NCBI GenBank assembly: GCA_963841435.1
Contig: CAWJCS010000006.1
Coordinates: 128,001 to 192,000 of the forward strand
Length of the DNA: 64,000 nt
Reading direction: 5' to 3'
Source of the DNA: an uncultured delta proteobacterium
GTDB lineage: Bacteria; Myxococcota_A; Polyangia; Polyangiales; Polyangiaceae
In this document: piece after piece, positions 21,453 to 30,717 of the stretch
How positions within the stretch are numbered: the stretch's first letter is position 1
Layout of the letters: the number at the start of each line of letters is the position of its first letter
The notes under the pieces: model-generated
Told to the model about the DNA's origin: nothing
The model's database searches: none
Seen by the model: the letters and a program-made list of their open reading frames with translations, nothing else
Program-made: the position numbers and the translations under genes

Positions 21453-22646
21453 GTGAGCGATGCGACCGTCCTCGACGCGCCCGAGGTGTTTGGCGGGCGG
21501 ATCAGCCGCGTCGCCGGGCTCTTGCCCGAGTTTTCGTGGCGGACGAGCGAGCTACCCGACGGCCTGCGGGTCGAGCTCGGGGGAGAAATCACGATCGAGG
21601 AGGCGCCCGCACTGTGGCAGCGCGTGACCGGCTTGCTGGAGAGTCTCGGTACCCGGCAGCGCGTACAGATCGACAACGCCGCCGTCGAGGTGATCGACGG
21701 CGCGTGCATGGCGTTGCTCGTGCACCTGAGAAGCGAGCTCAAGGCGCGGCGCGTGCATTGCGAGTTCACGGGCGGCTCGCCTGCGGTGCGTCAGATCGTG
21801 GACCTTTACGGCGGGCGCCGCCGGCCGAAGGTGCGGCGCCGCCGACGCACGCAAAACGCCGTCGAGCAAGTCGGCCAGGGGACGGTCGACCTGTTTCGCG
21901 CCGGCTTGTCGGTGCTCGACTTCTTCGGCGAGCTCCTGGCTTCCGCCTGGCACTCGCTACGCCATCCGCGAAGCATCAACTTTCGCGACATCGCGCTCAC
22001 GATGGAGCGTGCGGGTGCCGACGCCGCGCCGATCGTCCTTTTGATCAACTTTCTGATTGGCTTCGTCATGGCCTATCAGAGCGCGCTCCAACTCGAGCGG
22101 TTCGGCGCCAGCATCTTCGTGGCCGATCTCGTCGGCCTGTCGATGACGCGCGAGCTCGGCCCTTTGATGACCGCGATCATCGTCTGTGGACGCACGGGCG
22201 CCGCTTTCGCCGCGGAGCTCGGGACGATGAAGGTCTCCGAAGAGGTCGACGCGCTCCGCACCCTGGGCTTCATGCCCTTGCGCTATCTGGTCATGCCACG
22301 AGTGCTCGGGCTGCTCCTGGTGGCCCCGCTCCTGACGTTGCTGGCCGACGCCGTCGGCATCCTCGGCGGCCTGATGGTGGGCTCGTTGACGCTCGACATC
22401 ACGCCTGCGGCGTACTGGGTCGAGACCGTCGGTGTCGTCAAGCCATGGGACGTCTTCTCCGGGTTGCTGAAGAGCGTCGTGTTCGCGGGCACCATCGCGC
22501 TGATCGGCTGCCAGCAAGGCTTGGCCACTTCGGGAGGAGCCGCCGGCGTCGGCCGCAGCACGACGTCCGCCGTGGTCTCGACCCTATTCACGTTGATTCT
22601 CCTCGACGCAGTCTTCACGGTCCTGTTCGGAGCGCTCGGCTTATGA
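21453..22646 (+). CDS. mlaE: MlaE-family ABC permease with N-terminal STAS-like domain
   Basis: RELGPLMTAIIVCGRTGAAFAAELGTMKVSEEVDAL; GVGRSTTSAVV. Confidence 0.9.
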   Translation: MSDATVLDAPEVFGGRISRVAGLLPEFSWRTSELPDGLRVELGGEITIEEAPALWQRVTGLLESLGTRQRVQIDNAAVEVIDGACMALLVHLRSELKARRVHCEFTGGSPAVRQIVDLYGGRRRPKVRRRRRTQNAVEQVGQGTVDLFRAGLSVLDFFGELLASAWHSLRHPRSINFRDIALTMERAGADAAPIVLLINFLIGFVMAYQSALQLERFGASIFVADLVGLSMTRELGPLMTAIIVCGRTGAAFAAELGTMKVSEEVDALRTLGFMPLRYLVMPRVLGLLLVAPLLTLLADAVGILGGLMVGSLTLDITPAAYWVETVGVVKPWDVFSGLLKSVVFAGTIALIGCQQGLATSGGAAGVGRSTTSAVVSTLFTLILLDAVFTVLFGALGL

Positions 22647-23383
22647 GCGAACCACTGATCACCGTGCGTGACCTGAGAGTGGGTTGGGGTGACCAGTTGC
22701 TCTTGAGCTCCGCCAGTTTCGAGGTGGCACGCGGGGACGTCTTCGTGATCCTGGGAGCCAGCGGCTGCGGCAAGTCGACGCTGCTTCGCTACTTGATTGG
22801 GCTCGAGACGCCGGCGTCAGGCTCCATTTCGATCGCCGGCATCGGCGCGCCTCGGCTCGAGGGTGCCGCGCCAGACTACGGTGTCATGTTCCAGTCGGGC
22901 GCACTGTTCAGCTCGATGACGGTCGGGGAGAACGTCGGCTTCGCGCTTCAGGAATGGACCGAGCTGCCGAGCGAGGCCATCGACGCGATCGTGAAGGCAA
23001 AGCTTGCCCTCGTGGGGCTCGAGGGCGCCGAGAACAAACTCCCCGCCGACCTCTCGGGAGGCATGAAAAAGCGCGCCGCCATCGCGCGGGCGATGGCGTT
23101 CGAGCCACACCTGATCTTCATGGACGAACCTTCGGCCGGGCTCGATCCGGTCACCGCCGCGGAGCTCGACGACTTGATCACGAGCCTCAATCGCGGACTC
23201 GGCCTCACCGTCGTGATGGTCACCCACGAGCTCGAGAGCATCTTCAACGTAGGAAAGACCTGTATCATGCTGGACAGAGAGTCGAAGTCCATCATCGCGT
23301 CCGGCGATCCGCGGGTGCTCAAAGCCGAGAGCGAAGACCCGAAGGTCCGCCAGTTCTTCCACCGGGAAGCGAGGGTGCGCTGA
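22643..23383 (+). CDS. mlaF: MlaF-family ABC ATPase
   Basis: GASGCGKST Walker A, FQSGALF, LSGGMKKR, DEPSAGLDP; ATGA overlap. Confidence 0.9.
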   Translation: MSEPLITVRDLRVGWGDQLLLSSASFEVARGDVFVILGASGCGKSTLLRYLIGLETPASGSISIAGIGAPRLEGAAPDYGVMFQSGALFSSMTVGENVGFALQEWTELPSEAIDAIVKAKLALVGLEGAENKLPADLSGGMKKRAAIARAMAFEPHLIFMDEPSAGLDPVTAAELDDLITSLNRGLGLTVVMVTHELESIFNVGKTCIMLDRESKSIIASGDPRVLKAESEDPKVRQFFHREARVR

Positions 23384-24345
23384 TGACGATGGGCACCAAC
23401 CGCTACAAGCTCGGACTCTTCGTGATCGTGGGAGTCGGCCTCGCGCTCACGGCCGTGGTCGTGCTCGGAGCGAGCAGCTGGAACGACGAGACCGTCAGCT
23501 ACATGAGCTTCTTCGACGAATCGGTGCAGGGCCTCGACGTTGGATCGCCGGTGAAGTTCCGTGGCGTGACGATCGGGCGTGTTGCCGGCATCGACGTGGC
23601 GCCGGATCGTCGGCACGTTCAGGTGGAGAACGAGCTTTCCGTCGATCAGCTCGCGCGTTTGGGTCTGCGCTCGAAAGCTCGCGGCGATGCCGGGCTCGCC
23701 CTGGATCCCCACCTCCGAGTTCAGCTCGCGCAGACCGGGCTCACGGGGGTGAAGTTCATTCTGCTCGATTTCTTCGACGGCTCCGCGTACCCGCCGCCCG
23801 TGCTGCCGTTCAAGGCGCCTCCGAACACGATCCCGTCCACCCCTTCCACGATGAAGAATCTGGAGGACTCGGTCGTGCGTGCCGCCGACCGATTTCCAGA
23901 CATCGCGGACGCACTACTCGGGACCGTGACGAAGATGAATACCCTGATGGATGGCGTGGAAAAGCAGCGCCTTCCGCTGCGAGCCGGGGACACGCTCGAC
24001 GAAGCCAGTACCGCGATGCGCGAGCTCAGAACGGAGCTGAATGCGCTGAATGCCGCAGGGCTGTCGGCGGACGCCCGGCATGGCCTGGCGGAGCTCAATC
24101 AAACGCTGATGGGTGCGAACCGTGTGCTCGAGCGCATGGAAAGCGACCAGGGGCTGATGAAGAGCGCGGAGCGCGCGACCAACTCGATCAACGAGGTGGC
24201 GCGGGGAGCTCAGTCGGTCGGTCCGGAGCTGGAGCTCACGATGCGAGAGGTTCGGGGTGCGGCACGGTCGATTCGACACTTCGTCGACGCACTCGAGCGT
24301 GACCCCGACATGCTTCTCAAGGGAAGAGCGACGGCGGAAAAATGA
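23383..24345 (+). CDS. mlaD: MlaD/MCE-domain protein
   Basis: FDESVQGLDVGSPVKFRGVTIGRV, GLTGVKFI, C-terminal LERDPDMLLKG. Confidence 0.85.
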   Translation: MTMGTNRYKLGLFVIVGVGLALTAVVVLGASSWNDETVSYMSFFDESVQGLDVGSPVKFRGVTIGRVAGIDVAPDRRHVQVENELSVDQLARLGLRSKARGDAGLALDPHLRVQLAQTGLTGVKFILLDFFDGSAYPPPVLPFKAPPNTIPSTPSTMKNLEDSVVRAADRFPDIADALLGTVTKMNTLMDGVEKQRLPLRAGDTLDEASTAMRELRTELNALNAAGLSADARHGLAELNQTLMGANRVLERMESDQGLMKSAERATNSINEVARGAQSVGPELELTMREVRGAARSIRHFVDALERDPDMLLKGRATAEK

Positions 24346-25016
24346 GCACCTGTGCTCGCGCGTTCGGGTTCCTCGCCCTTCATCTCCTCGCGGTCGTCTA
24401 CGGAGGCTGCGCGCTCACGTCCAAGGCGGACGCGCGGTCGCCCCCGCGATTTTTCAGCGCCGAGCTCCCCACGCGCGCCCCGCTGCTTGCCGAATCGGGA
24501 GCTTTCCCACTGGAGCTTCGCATGGGTCAAGTCGATGCCGCGTCGCATCTGGAGGAGCGTATCTCGTACCGGCTAAATGGGGCCGAGCTCGGCTACTACG
24601 ACGATCGCCGCTGGACCGAGGCGCCCGAGCAGTATCTCCGCCGCGGGCTCGAGCGAGAGCTGTTCGAGCGCCGCCACGTTCGGCGCATCGTATCGGGTGC
24701 GAGCTCGACGCTCGATGTCGAGCTCACGGCGTTCGAGGAGCTGCGCGGGCCGCCCGCACGGGTGCGGCTGGCACTGAGCTACACGTTGCACGACTCTCGC
24801 CAGTCGTCGCTGGAGCGGAGTCTCGTGGTCGAGCGACCCCTCGCTGCCTCCGACCCGTCCGACCGCGCAGAAGAGGTCGCGGCGGCACTGGCCATCGCGC
24901 TCCGGATTGCGGTCTCCGAAATCAGCGACCAGGTCACCGCGAACCTTCGTACGTTGGCGCCGCTCACGGAACCTTCGGCCCCTGCCACGGCCACTTCGGA
25001 GCGCTCTCCCCCGTAG
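24342..25016 (+). CDS. ABC-transport auxiliary lipoprotein (PqiC-like)
   Basis: Lipobox YGGC, YYDDRRWTEAP, ELTAFEE; position directly after the MCE gene. Confidence 0.8.
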   Translation: MSTCARAFGFLALHLLAVVYGGCALTSKADARSPPRFFSAELPTRAPLLAESGAFPLELRMGQVDAASHLEERISYRLNGAELGYYDDRRWTEAPEQYLRRGLERELFERRHVRRIVSGASSTLDVELTAFEELRGPPARVRLALSYTLHDSRQSSLERSLVVERPLAASDPSDRAEEVAAALAIALRIAVSEISDQVTANLRTLAPLTEPSAPATATSERSPP

Positions 25017-25971
25017 CCCAGCGGTAGCGAAAACCGGCGACGCCGTAGGCACCGAGCGCGATGCCCAGCCGATCGGGGCTCCACAGCGCGACGCTCAACG
25101 TGCCGAGCATTTCGAGGTGGTCCGTCAGCTGCAGCGCTCCGGCCGGGCCCATGCGAAACACGCCGTGCGGGCGCCCGGTCGAGGTGACGAATTCACCGAG
25201 CACGCCAATCCTGAGCGCTTCCTCGCGCAACAACCGGAGGACGGCCGCGCCGCGGAACACTTGAAAGAAAGAGGGCGCGACGATCACTCGGTACGATTCG
25301 TCGTAAAAAAAGCGGTTCGCCGGCACGTCGAGCGTGCCGACCGCGACGTAATCGAAAAGGATTGCCGAATGCGGCAGCGGTGCGATGGCGACGGCCTCGG
25401 CTTCCCATGCCCAGTAGCGGGCGTTGGGTCCGGGCTGACTCACGTCGCCGAAGACGAACGTCGCCCGTGGCTCGAGGAACGTCTTCGTATACGAATAGGT
25501 GTCGCGCACCCCGAACGCGAAGTCCAAGATCGGGGACGATGCCCGGGCGCCTCCGTAGACCTGGGCGAACTCGACCGTTGCGATGGCGTTCAGATCGAGG
25601 CCCACCCAAATCCAATGCGGAAGGCCGTACCCGACGGAAAAATAGGGCTTCGCGTAGATACCGCCCACGTCAGTCTTGGTGGACACGAACCAGCGCGGCA
25701 CCCCCGTGCTCCAATAGCCGTTCGCTGGGCGCAGTCTCGGCCGCACCGTCTCGGGCAGGACGACCTCCGCTCCCGGCCGGACCGCCGCAGGGGCCGGCTC
25801 GTCGGGCCCCAGCGCCCAGGCCCGGGTCGGCCCTCCTGCTACGCCAACAGCGGCCACCGCGGCCAAGATGGTGCGCGCGCTGCCGTGACGCCGACGAGAG
25901 GGTTCGCCAGGGACGCGCCCGGGTCCTGCGCAAGGGCTCGCGGGCGTTGTGGGTAGAAAGGGGTCTTTCAC
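24964..25971 (-). CDS. Hypothetical secreted, beta-strand-rich (possibly outer-membrane) protein; start uncertain
   Basis: Signal-like AWA, amphipathic strands, ending FRYRWATGE..P.WP. Confidence 0.55.
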   Translation of the reverse strand: MKDPFLPTTPASPCAGPGRVPGEPSRRRHGSARTILAAVAAVGVAGGPTRAWALGPDEPAPAAVRPGAEVVLPETVRPRLRPANGYWSTGVPRWFVSTKTDVGGIYAKPYFSVGYGLPHWIWVGLDLNAIATVEFAQVYGGARASSPILDFAFGVRDTYSYTKTFLEPRATFVFGDVSQPGPNARYWAWEAEAVAIAPLPHSAILFDYVAVGTLDVPANRFFYDESYRVIVAPSFFQVFRGAAVLRLLREEALRIGVLGEFVTSTGRPHGVFRMGPAGALQLTDHLEMLGTLSVALWSPDRLGIALGAYGVAGFRYRWATGESAPKWPWQGPKVP

Positions 25972-26173
25972 GGCAAATTCGTCGGCAAGTGCTCGGGCCC
26001 CGCGTGGCCCACGCGGTGCAAGCTTCGAGCCACGGGTTGCGGTCGAGCCCGTCATCTGGGCCGTGGCGGTTCTCGCGCAGAGCCCCATCGAATTGATGGA
26101 GTCCGAGCGTCAGGTTGATTGGGCGCCGACGCCCGCCGCTGCATCGATCCGCCGAACCGGGCGGAAACTCGGG

Positions 26174-26189
26174 CGGCATGGAAGCTGCT
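26174..26189 (+). promoter_or_regulatory. Possible sigma-54 promoter
   Basis: CGGCATGGAAGCTGCT (GG-N10-GC) just upstream of GTG 26204. Confidence 0.35.
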
Positions 26190-26203
26190 GCGGCACGGCG
26201 AGC

Positions 26204-26758
26204 GTGGGCAGTCCGCGGCGACATTTACAACCCTCCACCTTCGTGGCGTGGACGGTCACCGCGATCGTCTGCTTGGTCCTGGGAAGCGTGCCGTCCGCCG
26301 CCGGAGCCCCGGCTGCGCGTGAGGCGGTCCTCTTCTCAATCGCGAAGAGCGAGAACGAGAACCAGGTTCAGTACTCTGTCCGCGTGGATGACCGCTGCGC
26401 GCCGGTGGGGGCAAAGCCGGTCTTCGCCTACTGGCGTCTGCGCGAGGAGGGGCCGAATCGACGCGCGCCGCTCTTGTCGCGCGAGCAGCGCGCGTACGGG
26501 ATCGCGAGCCAGTGGATCGAAGCGGGCAATTGGCGTCTCCTCTTGCGCGCACTCTCGAGGCGGCCGATTGACGTACAGGCGCTGCGCGGCGCCGACGGCT
26601 CGTGCCAGGCGGTCGCAAGGATGACCATCAATGGCTCGCCCGCCTACCTGTTCAACGTGTACCTGAAGTTGAAATGGCCCTTTGGCGTCGACTACATGCT
26701 TCTGCGCGGTTGGTCCCTCGATCGCACCCACACCGTGACGGAAAGGCTCACGCCGTAG
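26204..26758 (+). CDS. DUF4833-family secreted protein (start uncertain)
   Basis: LFSIAKSENENQVQY, PVFAYW, EQRAYGI, ARMTING, VDYMLLRG. Confidence 0.75.
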   Translation: MGSPRRHLQPSTFVAWTVTAIVCLVLGSVPSAAGAPAAREAVLFSIAKSENENQVQYSVRVDDRCAPVGAKPVFAYWRLREEGPNRRAPLLSREQRAYGIASQWIEAGNWRLLLRALSRRPIDVQALRGADGSCQAVARMTINGSPAYLFNVYLKLKWPFGVDYMLLRGWSLDRTHTVTERLTP

Positions 26759-27035
26759 CCGCTCGCGGCTATGGCGCCGGAGCTCCACGCCGGGTCCGCG
26801 AGCTGAATATCCGAGGCTGAAGCAATTTTCGTGCTCGAGCGGACGCGTCGCCCCGGAGCTCCGCCCGCTCGACGAGGCCCGCCCGCAGCGAAGTCGAGGA
26901 GCGTCCCCCCACTGTCTGGGCCACGGGGACGCGCATTCGTGGCCGCTCCCAGGGCGCCCGAACGACCTATTTAGACACGGTCGCATGGCCCTTCAGGCAC
27001 GAAAGCAAGGCGCGCGCGGGCCATGGGCCGATTTT

Positions 27036-27698
27036 CTATGGGCTCGGCAGGGCCTGCTCGCAAATGTACGGCAACTGGAGCGAGCAGGCGCGATCGTTCC
27101 AGTTATCCCCCGTGAAGGTGAGCGCCAGACAGCGCTCCGGGTCCGTGGTCACGGTGCTCGAATCGTTCGGCTCTCCCGGCAGCCACCTCACGTAGGTGTT
27201 GCCCTCGGCGGAGCCGTCTGGACCGCCCCGCCAGAAGACCGTGCCGTCCGGCCAACGCCAGACATGCTGGTCGTCACGAGTGCCGCCGAGCCACAGGTTG
27301 CCGTTGACGAGGCTGCTGGCGCTCTGGGCGATGTACGCATTTTCCTCCGCCGAGCCCACAGCGGCGAGTGTCGCGCTCCGGCGAGCGCAGTCGGTCGCCG
27401 CCGCCTCGAAATCGAGCGGCTCTGGGCAGATCACGTACTCGGGCGGGGCTATCTCGACGAACGAGGAGCAGGTCGCGAGCGGCTCGCCGCCGGTGCCGCC
27501 CGAGCCGGCGCCCCCGGTGCTAGCGCCGCCGCCCGAGCCGGCGCCGCCTCCGCCGTAGCCCCCGACGGCGAGGACGCTCGGCTCGAGGTCGGTCGTGCAG
27601 GAGGCGAGTGCGACGAGCAGGCTCGCGTAGCGAATCGCGAGCGCACCGCTCACGGCGAGGGAGGTCGCGCGGTGCCCATCCGGCGGGCTCACGTTCAT
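27036..27698 (-). CDS. C-type lectin-domain lipoprotein
   Basis: LASC lipobox; CARRSATLAAV..AEEN, LWLGG, WLPGEPND, WNDRAC, YICE. Confidence 0.85.
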   Translation of the reverse strand: MNVSPPDGHRATSLAVSGALAIRYASLLVALASCTTDLEPSVLAVGGYGGGGAGSGGGASTGGAGSGGTGGEPLATCSSFVEIAPPEYVICPEPLDFEAAATDCARRSATLAAVGSAEENAYIAQSASSLVNGNLWLGGTRDDQHVWRWPDGTVFWRGGPDGSAEGNTYVRWLPGEPNDSSTVTTDPERCLALTFTGDNWNDRACSLQLPYICEQALPSP

Positions 27699-27785
27699 CA
27701 GACGCCCGTGCCTTGCGAATGGTGCCATGAATCGCGCTCGAAGAGGCTCGCCCTCGGACGGGAGCCGGCTTCGGAGTCTGCTATC

Positions 27786-28424
27786 GTGACGGCGGTGGCT
27801 CGCGCTCGTCAACCCGCCGGCCCAGCGCCGACGCCCGTCGAGGCCGACGGGGCGCGGCTGGTGCTCATTCCCACGAGCGCCGCGCGCGGGGACGAGCTCT
27901 ACGAGCGTGTCGCGCCCGTCGTGAGCAAAATGGTGTGGCTCTATCTCGCGACCGATCCGGAGCGAGACGACATCATACAGGACATTCTGATCTCCGTTCT
28001 TCGGCATGCGGACTCGGTCAGAGACCCCGAAAACCTCGAAGCATGGGTCTCGCGCGTTGCGTTCAACAAGATCTGCAGCCTGTTTCGCGCGAGGAAGCTG
28101 CGCCGCTGGCTCTCGCTCGAGGTGCTCTCCGGCTACGAGCCCCCGGAGCCCCACGCCGATTTCGAAGGACGCGAGCTCGTCGCGCGGGCACAGCGGATCC
28201 TGGAGCACCTCCCGGTTGCCGAGCGCATGCCCTTCACCTTGCAGCTCTTCGGCAACGCCGGCCTCCGGGAGATCGCAGCGCAGTGCGGGTGGTCGGAGCG
28301 GACGACTCGGCGTCGGCTCAAAGCGGCTCGCGTTCGGTTCATGCGCCTCGTGGAACGAGATCCCGTCCTGTCGGCTCGCCTCGGCAAGCGCGCCGGTCTC
28401 GGCGAGGAGAGCTCCGATGGATGA
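27786..28424 (+). CDS. ECF sigma-70 factor (start uncertain)
   Basis: DDIIQDILI, LEAWVSRVAFN region 2; LREIAAQCGWSERTTRRRL region 4. Confidence 0.85.
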   Translation: MTAVARARQPAGPAPTPVEADGARLVLIPTSAARGDELYERVAPVVSKMVWLYLATDPERDDIIQDILISVLRHADSVRDPENLEAWVSRVAFNKICSLFRARKLRRWLSLEVLSGYEPPEPHADFEGRELVARAQRILEHLPVAERMPFTLQLFGNAGLREIAAQCGWSERTTRRRLKAARVRFMRLVERDPVLSARLGKRAGLGEESSDG

Positions 28425-29574
28425 GCTCGAGCCGCTTCAGACCGCGCTTCGGCAGGAGCTCGGAAGCCCCCCGGATGCGTGGCAGCAAGCGCAGCGCGCG
28501 CGCGTGCGGGCAGGGCTGCGCGCACCAGCGCGCCCTCCGCTTTTCCGAAAAGCGGCCCCCTGGGTCCTCGCGTCGCTCGCGCTTTTCTCGGTGCTCGTCT
28601 GGTTCGTGGCGTCGCGCCCGGCCGCGAGCGCCGACCAAGAGCTCGTTGCGGAAGCGCTAAAAGAGCCGTTCCGACTCGACGACGGGAGCAGCATCTCTCT
28701 CGATCCGGGAGCACGCGGGCGGCTTTCGGCGGGCGACGCCGGTGTTCATTTCGATCTGGAGCAGGGCCGCGCAAGCTTCAACGTCAACCCCGCGCGCAAG
28801 CGAAAATGGAGGGTCAGCGCCGGAAAGAACGAAGTGCGGGTCGTCGGGACGCGCTTCAGCGTCACCTATGGACCCGCTGACGGGTTCGAGGTCAACGTCG
28901 AGCGCGGGATCGTGGCCGTGCAGGTTCCAGGTCGCCCCGCAAGCGTCGAGCTCAAGGCAGGTGAGCACTTCCGCGGACGCTCGGAGCGCGTAGAAACCGT
29001 TCGCAACGCGGCGCCGTCGCTCGGGCCTGCCGCCGAGCCACGACCAACGCTCGTCTTGCCAACGTCGCCCTCGGCGGTGCCGTCCGGGGCCGAGGCGCCC
29101 GCGACGCCGGCAACCACCTCCGACTGGCTGGCCCGATACCGAGCGGGGAAGTACGCCGAGGCGCTCGCGCTCGTGCGCTCGACCGGTGTGGACAAGCGCC
29201 TCGGCGAGCTCTCGCCGACGGCGCTTTCGGACCTCGCGGAGGCTGCCCGGCTGGGTGGTGATTCCGATCTGGCTGTGCGCGCATTGACGGCGCTCTTGCG
29301 GCGGTTTGCTGGGACCGCGGAGGCTCGCGAAGCGAGATTCCTGCTCGGTCGCGTGCAGGCCCTGCGCGGCGATCGCACCGCCGCCATCGCGGCGTTCGAG
29401 GGCTACCTCGCGGGTCGGGCGACACGCTACGAAAACGAGGCCCTCGGTCAACTGATGGAGCTTTACTCGGCTCGCGGCGACCGTGAGCGCGCTCGCGAGA
29501 TCGCCCAGCGCTACCTCGAGCGGGCCCCGAAGGGCCCCTACCATCTCCTCGCGCAGTCGCTCATATCTCCCTAG
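28417..29574 (+). CDS. FecR-domain anti-sigma factor with C-terminal TPR
   Basis: TM helix, LDDGSSISL, LEQGRASF, VRVVGTRFSV, then TPR-like EARFLLGR and YLERAPKGPY. Confidence 0.85.
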   Translation: MDELEPLQTALRQELGSPPDAWQQAQRARVRAGLRAPARPPLFRKAAPWVLASLALFSVLVWFVASRPAASADQELVAEALKEPFRLDDGSSISLDPGARGRLSAGDAGVHFDLEQGRASFNVNPARKRKWRVSAGKNEVRVVGTRFSVTYGPADGFEVNVERGIVAVQVPGRPASVELKAGEHFRGRSERVETVRNAAPSLGPAAEPRPTLVLPTSPSAVPSGAEAPATPATTSDWLARYRAGKYAEALALVRSTGVDKRLGELSPTALSDLAEAARLGGDSDLAVRALTALLRRFAGTAEAREARFLLGRVQALRGDRTAAIAAFEGYLAGRATRYENEALGQLMELYSARGDRERAREIAQRYLERAPKGPYHLLAQSLISP

Positions 29575-29590
29575 GAGCGAGGCGCTTTTC

Positions 29591-30619
29591 GTGACGGGTC
29601 GGTCGAGCTTGACGGCGTTCGCGGCGACGCTGGTCGCGGCCAGTTTCGTTTCGCGACCCGCTCGCGCGGAAGTCCACGTCTCGATTCAGTACGATTCCGA
29701 GGAGCGTCTCGAGGCCGCGCGACGCCTTTTTTCCGAGCTCGCCACGGAAGGGTACGTCGTGGAGATGGCGCCGAGCGCGGTCGCGTCGCCATGCGAGGCG
29801 ACCGGCGCGCGCGTTCCGAGCGTCCCGCGGGACACGAATGCTTGGGTCCGATTGAGCGCGGACCCATCCGGCGCCGACGCGGTCGTGGCCTCAATCTGTT
29901 ACCTTGGTGCGCTGCCTTTCCTCCAGCAAGCGAGCTCGAGCGCACCGAGATCCGATCCGGACCAGCTCGCCGTCGCGACGGCCGAGGCCCTGAACGGCCT
30001 CCGTGCCAAGCTGCCTCCGATCGTCGGCGAGACCCCGGCACCCGAGCGTCAGGAGGCCCCACCGAGCCCGGCAGAGCCCCCGGCCAGTCCAAGCGCGCCC
30101 GTGAACGGCGTGGGACTCGGCGTGGCAATCTGGCAAAACCTCCCGGACTACCCCGTATCGCCCGGCGTGCTGTTTCGGGCGACGCTCGGCGCGAGCGCCC
30201 GAGTGAGCCTTTCCGTCGAAGCGTTCGCGCCGACCCGCGGCGCGGAGCTCGCGGACGCAGAGGTGACGGCCACCGTCCGAACCGCCTGGCTGAGAGTGGG
30301 CCCGCGCCTCGGCTGGAAGCTCGGTGACCTCGAGCTTTTTGGTGCGCTGCTCGCGGGCCCGGCCCTCACTTGGGCGACCGCCACGGCACGCCCTCCGCGT
30401 GTCGGCACGGCGGACGTCTCGCCCGGCGCGCTCCTCTCGATCTCGGCCGCCCTCGAGTACCCGAGCCGAAGCCCGATCTTCGCCTCTGCCTCGGCGTCGG
30501 CGTCCGCGCTTCTACCGGGCCTGCGACTGCACCTCGCCGACGGCTCGCCGGCGCCGAGCGGCTCGTGGCCAATCGATGCGGCCGTGGGGGTCGGAGCTCG
30601 CTTTGGCGGCGAGGACTGA
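29591..30619 (+). CDS. Hypothetical secreted protein with possible C-terminal beta-barrel
   Basis: Signal ARA, Pro-rich hinge, amphipathic strands ending VGVGARF. Confidence 0.65.
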   Translation: MTGRSSLTAFAATLVAASFVSRPARAEVHVSIQYDSEERLEAARRLFSELATEGYVVEMAPSAVASPCEATGARVPSVPRDTNAWVRLSADPSGADAVVASICYLGALPFLQQASSSAPRSDPDQLAVATAEALNGLRAKLPPIVGETPAPERQEAPPSPAEPPASPSAPVNGVGLGVAIWQNLPDYPVSPGVLFRATLGASARVSLSVEAFAPTRGAELADAEVTATVRTAWLRVGPRLGWKLGDLELFGALLAGPALTWATATARPPRVGTADVSPGALLSISAALEYPSRSPIFASASASASALLPGLRLHLADGSPAPSGSWPIDAAVGVGARFGGED

Positions 30620-30717
30620 GCCGGGCCCTTTCGTCGGCCGCTCAGCGCTTCGGCTCGAGCGGCGAGGTGCCGGCGAATCGACGCGCGGACAACCCTGGGA
30701 ATCGGCTTCGGTCGGCA

